Part shown: positions 38,716 through 49,336 of the stretch, piece after piece | Position numbering within the stretch: position 1 is the first letter of the stretch | Layout of the letters: every line of letters starts with the position of its first letter | The notes under the pieces: model-generated | Told to the model about the DNA's origin: nothing | The model's database searches: none | Seen by the model: the letters and a program-made list of their open reading frames with translations, nothing else | Source: a virus | DNA: 64,000 nucleotides | Virus record (IMG/VR): IMGVR_UViG_3300045412_000547 | Strand: one strand, 5' to 3' | Made by a program: the position numbers and the translations under genes

Positions 38716-41700
38716 TAGTACACCCCAAATTCATAAGTTCCGTTTTTTATATTTAAATTACCAGGCCAGTTTAGCACGCTATGTGGTTTAAAATACGATG
38801 GTAAATTGTGTAATTCAAAATAAGAACTAGACAAACCAAAAGCAATATGAAGCATATTAGATGAAGGCATGTACATATTAGTAGATACATTATTTAAAAT
38901 TCCGTTTATATATCTATATTCATATTTAAAAATATAAGAAAAATCTGATGTATCTTTACCTATAAAAGTTAAAACAAAAGTATTATTATCTGTGTTAAAG
39001 GAAAATAGAGGTTTTTCAAAATAATTAATATTAATGTTGTGGTAATTTGAATTATTATTAATCCTTAGTGTTAAGTTACCGGAGGGTTCTGCAGAAACTA
39101 CACATAGATTGGTACTATCAGACATTAAGGTATAATTATTTTCAGGGAATATGTAATTAGTATATGCAGAGTTTGGATATTCATTAAATAATTTATTTTC
39201 TAAAAGACTATAAGAATAAATAGATGGTGTAACTGTTTTATAAATGGAGCCGCTTAAAACAGGATACAAATTAAAAGAAGCTACATAAAGTTTTTTTTCA
39301 TTTTCACTAAAAAACACTGTAGATGTATTTTCAAAATTTCTATTTCTACCTTTATATACTAAATTGCTAGTATTTGATACGTTACGCAATGTACCGCTAT
39401 TAAAATCAAAATTTATTTTTTCAAAAATTACATAATTTTCAGTTTCTAATAGCAATACATCATAATAAACGTCAAAATTTATTAATTTATTATTAATTTC
39501 ATTTACAACTTCATTATTATTTTTATCATTATAATATTTTATAAATAATGCACTCAGTGCTGATGATACTGGTTCAATAATTGTACTATTTGCGTTTCGA
39601 AAATAAAAATCGCCATAATTAATGAAGTTTGTTTGATATATACTTTGTTTTTGACTAATTGTTGTTATGTTTTGCAAATAAGTTGTTAGTCTTCCAGGTA
39701 CTCTGAGATTTATAAAATTGCTTCTTTCGGTATAGAGAGGCTCATTAAAAGATATGGGCCTACCACACGGAGATTCACCGTTTATTAATAAAAAAGACCC
39801 ATCCACGTTTGTTAAAGCAGATAATGGCGGTTTAAAAGTAAAATCTGCAGCAAAACCATACACTGGCCGGTAACCTGGCGCTGCTGGATTAGCCCCTCCA
39901 TCAATTAATTCACTGTAATAAACACTAGTTGCAGCAGGGTTAAAGCTAGGATTATCACTTGGATAATCTATTAATTTAGCAGATGAATTTGATACAAATG
40001 TATGTCCGTCCTTAAAATTACAATCAAATGTCTGTATTACAAATTCAGAACAAAATATTTCTGGTTGAAAAACATATGAAATTAAATTTTCAAACTCATT
40101 TTCTGGCAAATTATAAGAAGGTACCCCGTTATTATAGAAAAAAGTAGATAAAGGAGAATTTTCTGAGTAGTTACCAATATAATAATTAGTATAGCTATAT
40201 GGAACGTAATACCCTGTACCCGGCGGAATATTTGTAGTTGTTTTTAATGCAAATTCATATACAAAAGGATCAAATTGACCACCATTTACGATGGAACAAA
40301 ACCTTAATCCTTCTACATCTCTTGTACCGGCTGTTGTTGGTAAAGGCCGTAACGGTTCTGTAAATTTAAATAACCCGTAATTATTACCATATACATCCGA
40401 CTTAAATTGTACTAAATTCTTAAAAGTATTAATTAAAGTTTTTTGTCTTTGATAGATGGGAAATTTATCTGCCGGTACAAGTTTATAGATGTCTTCATTA
40501 GCCCATACATTTTTAAGGTGTGTTTTAAAAAAATCTTGAGGATCGGTTCGTCTATGAATACCGGAATCAGAATACTCTAGAGATTGATCTCGAGATTGGT
40601 AAGCACGAAATGTTTGAAGTTTATTATCTGTATATACATCACCAAATCTATACTGATTTGCGATATTAATCTTGTTAAAATAGTTATATTCTACAAATTT
40701 AAAGGGTGAATTAAACTCTTCAAACGTTGTACTTTCAACATTTCCATATTTTTCTGGATCAGGAAATATATAGACTGAATTAGAGGCTAAGTTATTTTTA
40801 TCAAAAAACGGTTTAAAATCAAAAGAAGTAAAAGTAGCTAAACCCAGCTTATCCGGCTTAAAAAATCCACCGATATGTTTAATTGAAGTATTACTTTCAT
40901 TAGCTACAGCTGCTACTGTAGGGTATCTTTTGTTTAGATAGTTGGCATAAGAATTTTTAGCTTTATATACAACACCAGAAAGAAAATTATTAATAGTTGA
41001 GCCTGTTGAAACATAATAAAAATCTGTACCAATATATTTTTCAATTTCTAATTCTTCATTATTTAGATTAAGATTTTCATAGGTTTCTGTGTTAAACGTA
41101 TTGATAAAATCTTTGTCTTTTAAATAATAAAATTGTTTAGAGGAAGAGACCGTAGGTGTTATTACGAAATTATTTGTTCCTAATTCCGTTAAGAAAAACG
41201 GATAGCTTGTCATAGCCTGAACTACACTTCTAGCAAAGTCTAATGTTATATAAGGGTCACTATTATAAACATTTAGATTGAAATATTCTTTTCTCTCACC
41301 AGACGGGTTATATGCTGTTAATGAAACATTCGGACTTATATCAAAATAAGAATTTGACGTATCATAAAGTTCTTCTACTTCTACAGAAATATTATTACGA
41401 ATATCAGACAGCGAAACATTTAAAGTCTTTATTATTTCGATTAAATCATCGGCTTCTAATGCTTTAGAAATTTCATTGTAAACTCCTTTTTTAATACCAA
41501 AATTTGATCCGCGTAAATTATTTTTAACTGAAGCAGTTTTAACGTCGTCCCTTAGAGAGCTATAGTAAATACAAATTTCTTTAATTTTTTTAGCGTAAAA
41601 AGGTATAACTGTTGCAATTTCTCTGGGATTATTAAAGTCTACATTTGAAATAAACCGTTTTTCGTCTGGAGTAATGTAGTTTAAGGTTATTTCATTTAAT

Positions 41701-41945
41701 AAATTTACATATAAATCCTTAAGAGAAACTTTATTAGCCTGATCTAAGTTATTTTTATATGTATACCATCTGGTTAAATAGTTTTTATATTTTCCAAGAA
41801 ATATTTCAGGTGTTGTAAAAACTTCATTACTATACGTTAACCATTGTTTAAAAGTAAAAGGATTGTCTTTATCCAAGCCGTTTTTATTGCCAGAAATTAC
41901 CGATACGTCTAGTGTATTATTCTGTAGCTCAAGCATGTTTGGCAT
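38715..41945 (-). CDS. Large virion structural protein (baseplate-associated)
   Basis: 1076 aa inside the tail module; TAAATA-N5-ATG upstream; no recognised catalytic motif. Confidence 0.55.
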   Translation of the reverse strand: MPNMLELQNNTLDVSVISGNKNGLDKDNPFTFKQWLTYSNEVFTTPEIFLGKYKNYLTRWYTYKNNLDQANKVSLKDLYVNLLNEITLNYITPDEKRFISNVDFNNPREIATVIPFYAKKIKEICIYYSSLRDDVKTASVKNNLRGSNFGIKKGVYNEISKALEADDLIEIIKTLNVSLSDIRNNISVEVEELYDTSNSYFDISPNVSLTAYNPSGERKEYFNLNVYNSDPYITLDFARSVVQAMTSYPFFLTELGTNNFVITPTVSSSKQFYYLKDKDFINTFNTETYENLNLNNEELEIEKYIGTDFYYVSTGSTINNFLSGVVYKAKNSYANYLNKRYPTVAAVANESNTSIKHIGGFFKPDKLGLATFTSFDFKPFFDKNNLASNSVYIFPDPEKYGNVESTTFEEFNSPFKFVEYNYFNKINIANQYRFGDVYTDNKLQTFRAYQSRDQSLEYSDSGIHRRTDPQDFFKTHLKNVWANEDIYKLVPADKFPIYQRQKTLINTFKNLVQFKSDVYGNNYGLFKFTEPLRPLPTTAGTRDVEGLRFCSIVNGGQFDPFVYEFALKTTTNIPPGTGYYVPYSYTNYYIGNYSENSPLSTFFYNNGVPSYNLPENEFENLISYVFQPEIFCSEFVIQTFDCNFKDGHTFVSNSSAKLIDYPSDNPSFNPAATSVYYSELIDGGANPAAPGYRPVYGFAADFTFKPPLSALTNVDGSFLLINGESPCGRPISFNEPLYTERSNFINLRVPGRLTTYLQNITTISQKQSIYQTNFINYGDFYFRNANSTIIEPVSSALSALFIKYYNDKNNNEVVNEINNKLINFDVYYDVLLLETENYVIFEKINFDFNSGTLRNVSNTSNLVYKGRNRNFENTSTVFFSENEKKLYVASFNLYPVLSGSIYKTVTPSIYSYSLLENKLFNEYPNSAYTNYIFPENNYTLMSDSTNLCVVSAEPSGNLTLRINNNSNYHNININYFEKPLFSFNTDNNTFVLTFIGKDTSDFSYIFKYEYRYINGILNNVSTNMYMPSSNMLHIAFGLSSSYFELHNLPSYFKPHSVLNWPGNLNIKNGTYEFGVY

Positions 41946-41984
41946 TAAATTATTTATTACTAACTACTAAAATGAAAAGTACTA

Positions 41985-43253
41985 TTATACAGATCTGCCT
42001 ACTTGAAAGTACTTTCTTCCGGATAGCGTCAAAACAGGTGCTTTTGAAGTATATACCAAAATATTATTTTCGGATGATACTGTTGGCATCTTTAAATCCC
42101 AGGGCACTATATCTAAATCTCTTACAATACTTGTAATTCTACACCCTATAGAATATGAATCGTCTGGAGGGCCAGCAAAAAGCAAACCAATTGTTTTCCA
42201 TGCAGATGCAGAAGGTACATTCGAGCTTAGTAATGCAAACATCGCGGAACCCGAGTCACCGCCTCCACCGGGTGAAACATTACCCTGTACATAGAAACTG
42301 TCACTAAACCAGCTTCTATATCCACTATATAGTCCAACATTTGCATAGCCAAGTTGATATACAGATAATTTACAAAAATTACTAAACCCAGGAAAACCTA
42401 TAGGGCCTTTTGTTCTGCCTGATCTAAAAATAGGTGATCGGTAATTAAGAGATGTTGGATCTATTAGAGAATCAATTTCGTGATCTGATGCAAATTTATA
42501 AGGTGGCATCTCACTAAAATTTACCACCCTTCCACTGCTAAGAGGGTCTATTAAATTATAACTAGAAAGTTGTAAAATAGCTGCATCTACAGATGTGCCT
42601 TGGATATAACCATATGGGTCTAGAGAAGGAGAAATATTACCTATGAGTACTGGTCTCTTACATTTTCCTATATAATCAATACTTGAATCTGTATTTCCAT
42701 AACTATTACTGGAAGGTGAACCTGGTTGTCTACCACTTAATTCAAGCGTGTTAATTTTCCCTAAATTATTAGCTGTTGTAGAGCTCACTGCTGTAGATAC
42801 CTGAGATGCTGCATAAACATGGTTATTGCTTAAAGCTACAACCTGCCCGTCGGATTTATCTCTAACGATTAAACCAAGAGTAGCATCTGATGAGTTTATA
42901 TTTATACTACTTATGCCTCCCACAAGAGGTCTATATCTTATCCTATTACTTTTAACAGGTTCAACGTTTTCACTATTATTATGGCATGCAGTGGTTGCTA
43001 TTGTTTGGTGTAAAATTGTTTCCTGAACGTCCGTTAATACTATTTCTGTTTCAATTTCTAAATTCTGAGGAATAATCATATTTGAAGGTAATTGTGAAAG
43101 GGGTAACTTTTCTTTTACCAGTAAAATTAAACACATCTGTTCTGTAGATTGACCGTTTGTAATCTTAGGACCTACAAGAGCCCCTTGTACGTTATAGGGT
43201 AATTCTTTAAATTTACCTTCTCTGATCCATTGTAATGTTTTATATATATTCAT
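41985..43253 (-). CDS. Trypsin-like S1 serine protease, Nal1-like
   Basis: LSNNHV, VDAA and GGDSGS triad motifs; RPLVGGIS, ATLG, SGRT; Nal1-type N-domain (LVKEKLP...IP...TDVQE). Confidence 0.85.
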   Translation of the reverse strand: MNIYKTLQWIREGKFKELPYNVQGALVGPKITNGQSTEQMCLILLVKEKLPLSQLPSNMIIPQNLEIETEIVLTDVQETILHQTIATTACHNNSENVEPVKSNRIRYRPLVGGISSININSSDATLGLIVRDKSDGQVVALSNNHVYAASQVSTAVSSTTANNLGKINTLELSGRQPGSPSSNSYGNTDSSIDYIGKCKRPVLIGNISPSLDPYGYIQGTSVDAAILQLSSYNLIDPLSSGRVVNFSEMPPYKFASDHEIDSLIDPTSLNYRSPIFRSGRTKGPIGFPGFSNFCKLSVYQLGYANVGLYSGYRSWFSDSFYVQGNVSPGGGGDSGSAMFALLSSNVPSASAWKTIGLLFAGPPDDSYSIGCRITSIVRDLDIVPWDLKMPTVSSENNILVYTSKAPVLTLSGRKYFQVGRSV

Positions 43254-46200
43254 TAGTAATTTAATATATTTATTGTGCCTATCATATTGCTATGCACTGT
43301 GCACTGATAAAAAATAACATTAGGTGTACCGCTTGTAGGAGTGAATAATACTCTACCACTTGTTTTACCATTAACAATATCGTTATTATAAGTACCGTTT
43401 ACAGGATTTGTTGTATCACCACTTGCGTTTCTCAGAGCAAACGGATGACCTCCTAGATTAAGTATAAAATCATAATTTGTTCCACGGTAACAAGTAAGTG
43501 TGGGATTATTAGTTCCAAATTGTGAAATGTTATAGTATTGTCCAGGAGCAGAAACAGTTAAAGGCACAAAACTCGCAATATAAGTACTATTCACAATAGG
43601 TAATGTAACCGTTGGCGTGGGTGTGGGTGTAACCGGTAAACCAGATGCTGTGGGTGTAGGTGTAATATTGATGCAGGCCGAGCTGGTGGCCGAAGTGGGC
43701 TTACCTCCAAGAGTGCCTGTAAACCCAGAGCTAGTCGGGCAGTAGTAAATCGTCAGGTTAACGTGGGTGCCAGAGAAAACATTATTCCCCACCGTGGGAG
43801 CATTGCCCTGCATGGTGATGCTGGTAAGGCTGGTGCAGCCTTGGAACGCAGCATACCCAATGCTGGTCACGCTGTTGGGGATGGTGATGCTGGCAAGGCT
43901 GGTGCAACTAGCGAACACATAACCCCCAATGCTGGTCACACCGCTACCGATGGTGACGCTGGTAAGGCTGGAGCAATTTTCGAACGTCTGAGACCCAATG
44001 CTTCTCACGCCGCTACCGATGGTGACGCTGGCGAGGCCGGTGCAACTTTGGAACGCATAATCCCCAATGCTGGTCACGCTGTCGGGGATGATGATGCTGG
44101 TAAGGCCGGTACAATGAAAGAACGCAAAAATCCCAATGCTGGTCACGCTGGTGGGGATGGTGATGCTGGAAAAGCTGCAACCAGCGAACGCATTATTCCC
44201 AATGCTTCTCACGCCGCTACCGATGGTGACGCTGGCAAGGCTATTGCAACTAGAGAACGCATAATCCCCTATGCTGGTCACGCTGTCGGGGATGGTGATG
44301 CTGGCAAGGCTGCGGCAATTATAGAACGCATAAGTCCCAATGCTGGTCACGCTGTTGGGAATGGTGATGCTGGCAAGGCTGATGCAATTATAGAACACCC
44401 AACCCCCAATGCTAGTCACGCTGTCGGGGATGGTGACACTGGCAAGGCTGAAGCAACCAGAGAACGCTTCATTCCCAATGCTGGTCACATATAAACCAAT
44501 TTTTACAGCGGTTAAAGTTTTGTTGACGTTCCAGCTAGACTTGTACAACACCGTATCACTGCTGGTGCTGGTGGTTCCATCACTGTAATAAAAAATAGTC
44601 ACAGATGATGTACGGGTGGGGGTTAATGTTGGTGTGCTAGTAGGAGTTGGCGTGGGTGTGGGTGTAACCGGTAAACCAGATGCTGTGGGTGTAGGTGTAA
44701 TATTGATGCAGGCCGAGCTGGTGGCCGAAGTGGGCTTACCTCCAAGAGTGCCTGTAAACCCAGAGCTAGTCGGGCAGTAGTAAATCGTCAGGTTAACGTG
44801 GGTGTTATAGAAAACATTATTCCCCACCGTGGGAGCATTGCCCTGCATGGTGATGCTGGTAAGGCTGGAGCAGCCTTGGAACGCACCATACCCAATGCTG
44901 GTCACGCTGTTGGGGATGGTGATGCTGGCAAGGCTGGTGCAACTAACGAACGCATAACCCCCAATGCTGGTCACGCCGCTACCGATGGTGACGCTGGTAA
45001 GGCTGGAGCAACCAGTGAACGCACTATTCCCAATGCTGGTCACGCCGCTACCGATGGTGACGCTGGTAAGGCTGGTGCAATTATTGAACGCAATATCCCC
45101 AATGCTGGTCACGCTGTCGGGGATGGTGATGCTGGTAAGGCTGGAGCAATATTCGAACGCATGATGCCCAATGCTGGTCACGCTGTTGGGGATGGTGATG
45201 CTGGAAAGGCTGGTGCAATAAGAGAACGCCTCCGACCCAATGCTAGTCACGCTGTTGGGGATGGTGATGCTGACAAGGCTGAAGCAACCAGAGAACGCTT
45301 CATTCCCAATGCTGGTCACATATAAACCAATTTTTACAGCGGTTAAAGTTTTGTTGACGTTCCAGCTAGACTTGTACAACACCGTATCACTGCTGGTGCT
45401 GGTGGTTCCATCACTGTAATAGAAAATAGTCACAGATGATGTACGGGTTGGTGTAGGTGTTATTGTAGGTGTAGGTGTTATGGTGGGTGTAGGTGTAATA
45501 TTGATGCAGGCTGAGTCGTCGGGCACGGTGGGCTTACCTCCAAGAGTGTCTGTAAACCCAGAGCTAGTCGGGCAGTAGTAAATCGTCAGGTTAACGTGGG
45601 TGCTTGAGAAAGCGCCATCCCCCACCGTGGGGGCATTCCCCTGCATGGTGATGCTAGTAAGGCTAGTGCAATTAAAGAACGCATAATCCCCAATGCTGGT
45701 CACGCTGTTGGGGATGGTGACGCTGGCAAGGCTGGTGCAATTAAAGAACGCAAAATTCCCAATGCTGGTCACGCTGTCGGGGATGGTGACGCTGGCAAGG
45801 CTGGTGCAACCATAGAACGCACTATACCCAATGCTGGTCACGCTGTTGGGGATGGTGATGCTGGTAAGGCTGGAGCAATTTCTGAACGCACCATACCCAA
45901 GGCTGGTCACATATAAACCAATTTCTACAGCGGTTAAAGTTTTGTTGATGTTCCTGCTGGAATCTAACAACACCGTATCACTGCTGGTGCTGGTGGTTCC
46001 ATCACTGTAATAGAAAATAGTCACAGATGATGTACGGGTGGGGGTTAATGTTGGTGTGCTAGTAGGAGTTGGCGTGGGTGTTGGTGTAGCAGGATTGCCC
46101 GATAATGTTGGCGTGGGTGTAGTAGGATTGCCCGATAATGTTGGCGTGGGTGTAGTAGGATTGCCCGATAATGTAACCGAAGGAGTTGGTGTGGGTGTAG

Positions 46201-46492
46201 TAGGATTGCCCGATAATGTAACCGAAGGAGTTGGTGTGGGTGAGGGCAATGGGTTATTTAGCGTTATATTATTTTTAGCCACAACTATATATCCTGAATT
46301 ACTAATAAAATGGGTAAATTGCGGGGCAATATCGAATGGTCTGTAGGTTCTTAGGACGTATTGAGATGGGGCTACTATTTGTACCGCACATAAAGAAGCG
46401 CTAATCGAGCTTAATGCTATAGGTACTTCAAAAGGATATTGAAATACGGAGTATTTACCAAAAGAATCGCCAGGCAAAATAATCTGATTCAT
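43253..46492 (-). CDS. BspA-type (LRR_5) triple-module protein on PT stalks with C-terminal cupredoxin-like domain
   Basis: 21 LTSITIPNSVTSIGxxAFxxC repeats in three capped modules; C-terminal NPTLT..RG..Y.F...GHPF...YQCTVHSNMIG. Confidence 0.9.
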   Translation of the reverse strand: MNQIILPGDSFGKYSVFQYPFEVPIALSSISASLCAVQIVAPSQYVLRTYRPFDIAPQFTHFISNSGYIVVAKNNITLNNPLPSPTPTPSVTLSGNPTTPTPTPSVTLSGNPTTPTPTLSGNPTTPTPTLSGNPATPTPTPTPTSTPTLTPTRTSSVTIFYYSDGTTSTSSDTVLLDSSRNINKTLTAVEIGLYVTSLGYGAFRNCSSLTSITIPNSVTSIGYSAFYGCTSLASVTIPDSVTSIGNFAFFNCTSLASVTIPNSVTSIGDYAFFNCTSLTSITMQGNAPTVGDGAFSSTHVNLTIYYCPTSSGFTDTLGGKPTVPDDSACINITPTPTITPTPTITPTPTRTSSVTIFYYSDGTTSTSSDTVLYKSSWNVNKTLTAVKIGLYVTSIGNEAFSGCFSLVSITIPNSVTSIGSEAFSYCTSLSSITIPNSVTSIGHHAFEYCSSLTSITIPDSVTSIGDIAFNNCTSLTSVTIGSGVTSIGNSAFTGCSSLTSVTIGSGVTSIGGYAFVSCTSLASITIPNSVTSIGYGAFQGCSSLTSITMQGNAPTVGNNVFYNTHVNLTIYYCPTSSGFTGTLGGKPTSATSSACINITPTPTASGLPVTPTPTPTPTSTPTLTPTRTSSVTIFYYSDGTTSTSSDTVLYKSSWNVNKTLTAVKIGLYVTSIGNEAFSGCFSLASVTIPDSVTSIGGWVFYNCISLASITIPNSVTSIGTYAFYNCRSLASITIPDSVTSIGDYAFSSCNSLASVTIGSGVRSIGNNAFAGCSFSSITIPTSVTSIGIFAFFHCTGLTSIIIPDSVTSIGDYAFQSCTGLASVTIGSGVRSIGSQTFENCSSLTSVTIGSGVTSIGGYVFASCTSLASITIPNSVTSIGYAAFQGCTSLTSITMQGNAPTVGNNVFSGTHVNLTIYYCPTSSGFTGTLGGKPTSATSSACINITPTPTASGLPVTPTPTPTVTLPIVNSTYIASFVPLTVSAPGQYYNISQFGTNNPTLTCYRGTNYDFILNLGGHPFALRNASGDTTNPVNGTYNNDIVNGKTSGRVLFTPTSGTPNVIFYQCTVHSNMIGTINILNY
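43600..46080 (-). repeat. Three near-identical module duplications, each containing 69-bp LRR tandem repeats (4, 7 and 10 units)
   Basis: Caps such as caccgtatcactgctggtgctggtggttccatcactgtaat and aaacccagagctagtcgggcagtagtaaatcgtcaggttaacgtgggtg each occur three times. Confidence 0.95.
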
Positions 46493-46511
46493 ATGTTATT
46501 ATTTATTTTTT

Positions 46512-48086
46512 TTAAGATAAATTTACAACTCCATTTACAAAAATACCTGTAAATTGATAATTATTTCCTGGAGTACTATTTAATTTATATCCAAAAGATG
46601 TACCTAATCTATCTGTTGTAAAATTAATAAAACTTCTAAAACTACCGCTTAAATTTACAGTCATAGTAACAAAATCAATCGAACTACCACCATTATTAAA
46701 ATAAACAGTATCAGCATAGTTGTAGGGTGAAACGGAATTAATTTCTATCTTTTGACCCGGGCTAACATTTTCTGGACCTACTAAAGAAAATAGAAAGTTA
46801 GTACTAGAAGTTAATGACGGTGTCACACTGGGCGTTGCTGTTGTTGTAGGAGTAACCGGTAAACCAGATGCTGTGGGTGTAGTGCCCGGAATTCTTGTAG
46901 GTGTAAGCGTTTGGGTAGGGGTAGGGGTAGGTGTTGGTGTTGTTGTAGGAGTAACCGGTAAACCAGATGCTGTGGGTGTTGGTGTAGCAGGATTGCCCGA
47001 TAATGTAACCGAAGGAGTTGGCGTGGGTGTAGCAGGATTGCCCGATAATGTAACCGAAGGAGTTGGCGTGGGTGTAGCAGGATTGCCCGATAATGTTGGC
47101 GTGGTGGGAGGGGTAGGAGTAGGGGTAGTCGGTAAACTAGATGCTGTTGATGTCGCTGTAGGTGTAATGCCCGGAATTCTTGTAGGTGTAAGTGTCTGAG
47201 TAGGTGTTTGTGTAGGGGTGGGTGTTGCTCCGGTATTAAAATATACGTTTCCTGCTATAAATGTACTGAAAAATTGTGGGTATGATTTATTAAACCCTTG
47301 TAGGCTATAACCAAACGGCTGACTAATTCTTGTTGATTCAAAGTCAACCTGAATTCTAGCTCTACCATCTACCCATATACGCATGGGGGGAATAGCAGGC
47401 AACCCTCCAGTGCTTACCCCATTAAAACAAAAACTATCTAAATAGTTTTCAGCTGAAAATAAAGAAATATCTTCAACAGTATTATTACCTTCAACACAAT
47501 ATGAAAATGGGTTCGGTGTTGTCGAAGGAGTAATTGAAGGAGTAATTGATGGAGTGCTTGTTTGAGATGAGGTTGGAGTATTGGTAGGTGAAGGAGTTAG
47601 TGTAGAAGTAGCGATAGGAGTAGGTGAATTTGAAGGTGTAGGTGTTTGTGTTGGTGTTTCTGATCGTGTTTCTGATGGTGTTTCTGATGGTGTGACTCCT
47701 ATAGTTAGTGTAGGGGTGCAGGTATTCGTGATTGTAGGTGTATTTGTAGGAGTTTCTGTTTGTGTTGGCGTTGCTGTTAAAGTATTGGAAGGCGTAGGTG
47801 ATTTGGTAACTGAAGGTGTAGGTGATTTGGTAACTGAAGGTGTAGGTGTATTTGTAGCTGTTTGAGAAGGCGTTACTGATGCGGTTGGTGTGTTCGAGGG
47901 AGTTATAGAAGGAGTAGGTGAATTCGTTGGGGTTGATGTTACAGGTATACCTAGATCCGCAGCGATGCCCACAAATCCTTCTTGCATAATTTTTTCAAAA
48001 CTCGTGCGACTTAATCGCTCTCTACGTAGACGATCGTTTGTACTTAAGTTGTCTAAAACCCGCGGATCTTTTTTACGCACAGCCAT
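46512..48086 (-). CDS. Thr/Pro-rich stalk protein with two copies of an about 90-aa beta domain
   Basis: Basic N-terminus, then PT tract, domain 1 (..NYLDSFCFNG..QPFGY..), PT tract, domain 2 (..NYADTVYFNNG..TSFGY..). Confidence 0.7.
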   Translation of the reverse strand: MAVRKKDPRVLDNLSTNDRLRRERLSRTSFEKIMQEGFVGIAADLGIPVTSTPTNSPTPSITPSNTPTASVTPSQTATNTPTPSVTKSPTPSVTKSPTPSNTLTATPTQTETPTNTPTITNTCTPTLTIGVTPSETPSETRSETPTQTPTPSNSPTPIATSTLTPSPTNTPTSSQTSTPSITPSITPSTTPNPFSYCVEGNNTVEDISLFSAENYLDSFCFNGVSTGGLPAIPPMRIWVDGRARIQVDFESTRISQPFGYSLQGFNKSYPQFFSTFIAGNVYFNTGATPTPTQTPTQTLTPTRIPGITPTATSTASSLPTTPTPTPPTTPTLSGNPATPTPTPSVTLSGNPATPTPTPSVTLSGNPATPTPTASGLPVTPTTTPTPTPTPTQTLTPTRIPGTTPTASGLPVTPTTTATPSVTPSLTSSTNFLFSLVGPENVSPGQKIEINSVSPYNYADTVYFNNGGSSIDFVTMTVNLSGSFRSFINFTTDRLGTSFGYKLNSTPGNNYQFTGIFVNGVVNLS

Positions 48087-48223
48087 TTATATTATTTAAG
48101 CACTACAAAAGCATTCTTCTAAAATTAATTTCCTGTCTTAAAATCATCACCTTTTTTTATAGCATAACTAATAAATTGTCAAAATCTTTAGTTCTTTTTA
48201 TATATCCCAATTAATTATTAATT

Positions 48224-49333
48224 TTATGTTATAACGAAATTACCACCTATATCATCGTATCCAACGCCCTGTTGCGTGCCTGGTGTTTGAGTAACAGATG
48301 GTGTTATAGAGGGCGTTATAGTATTTGAAGGGGTAATAGAGGGCGTTATAGTATTTGAAGGGGTAATAGAGGGCGTTATAGTATTTGAAGGGGTAATAGA
48401 GGGCGTTATAGTTCTTGTAACTGAAGGTGTAACTGTGCTTGTAGAAGTACGGGTTACTGTATTTGTCGGTGTTGCTAAAGGTGTCTTGGTAGCTGTAGGT
48501 GTTGGTGATAAGCCAGGGGTTGCAGTATTTGTAGGAGCAGGAGTATTAGTCGGCGTTGTTTGAGGTGTAGGTGTATTAGAAGGGGTTGCTAAAGGCGTTG
48601 ATTGAGGCGTCGTTGTTGGTGTTGCTGTAGGAGTTCTTGTAGGTGCTAAAGTTGGAACAGGAGTATTTGTTGGTGTAGGTGATAAGTTCGGTATAAGCGT
48701 GGTTGTAGGTGTAGATGTGGCCGTCGACGTGGCTGTAGGTGTAGATGTGGCCGTCGACGTGGCTGTAGGTGTAGATGTGGCTGTAGGTGTAGATGTGGCT
48801 GTCGACGTGGCTGTAGGTGTAGATGTGTTTATTGGTGTGGCTGTAGGTGTAGGTGTGTTTGTTGGAGTTGCAGTCGACGTGGCTGTAGGTGTTAAATCTG
48901 GTGTAGAAGTTGCTTGAGGTGTACCTGTATTTGTTGGTGTTTTAGTTATAGTTGGTGTAACAGAGCTTGTTATATTAGGAGATACGTATGGTGTACCTGT
49001 TTGAGTAGGAGTAAGAGTAGGAGTAGCTAATGACGTTTTAGTGGGCGTTTGTATAGCGGTTCCAGTTGGCGTATTAGTTATTGTAAGGGTAAGGGTTGGA
49101 GTTGGTGTCAATAACGCAGTTGGGGTTAGTGAAGGACCAGAGGAAGGCGTTGCTGTAGGAGTCGGCGTGGATGTTATTGAAGCAGTTGGTGTTTGTTTGG
49201 GTTCTATTGCTTGATCTCGAGCTACAGGGTCTTTACCTAATACAGACTTATATAAAGGAGAAAGTCTATCTAATTTATTTTTTCTTTTAAAGTTATTATT
49301 ATTAATAACTTCTTCAATAGGTAATATGGCCAT
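48224..49333 (-). CDS. Almost entirely mucin-like Thr/Pro-rich protein
   Basis: About 300 aa of TPT/ATST repeats between a 45-aa basic head and a 15-aa tail; includes 30-bp tandem repeats at about 48305-48411 and 48705-48890. Confidence 0.75.
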   Translation of the reverse strand: MAILPIEEVINNNNFKRKNKLDRLSPLYKSVLGKDPVARDQAIEPKQTPTASITSTPTPTATPSSGPSLTPTALLTPTPTLTLTITNTPTGTAIQTPTKTSLATPTLTPTQTGTPYVSPNITSSVTPTITKTPTNTGTPQATSTPDLTPTATSTATPTNTPTPTATPINTSTPTATSTATSTPTATSTPTATSTATSTPTATSTATSTPTTTLIPNLSPTPTNTPVPTLAPTRTPTATPTTTPQSTPLATPSNTPTPQTTPTNTPAPTNTATPGLSPTPTATKTPLATPTNTVTRTSTSTVTPSVTRTITPSITPSNTITPSITPSNTITPSITPSNTITPSITPSVTQTPGTQQGVGYDDIGGNFVIT

Positions 49334-49336
49334 ACA

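Noticed and set aside
43820-45910. Possible CRISPR array (constant repeats with short variable cores)
   Set aside because: The 69-bp period is in-frame LRR coding sequence, the variable parts are only a few codons, and there are no cas genes.
48099-48223. Intergenic gap that might be a decayed gene or an RNA element
   Set aside because: Short, with stops in the candidate frames and no hairpin or motif I can support.
36122-48917. Val/Gly-rich plus-strand ORFs (36122, 37286, 46038, 46873, 47581, 47890, 48699) and repeat ORFs 43763, 44798, 44964
   Set aside because: Antisense readings of Thr/Pro and LRR repeats that happen to lack stop codons; no start signals of their own.
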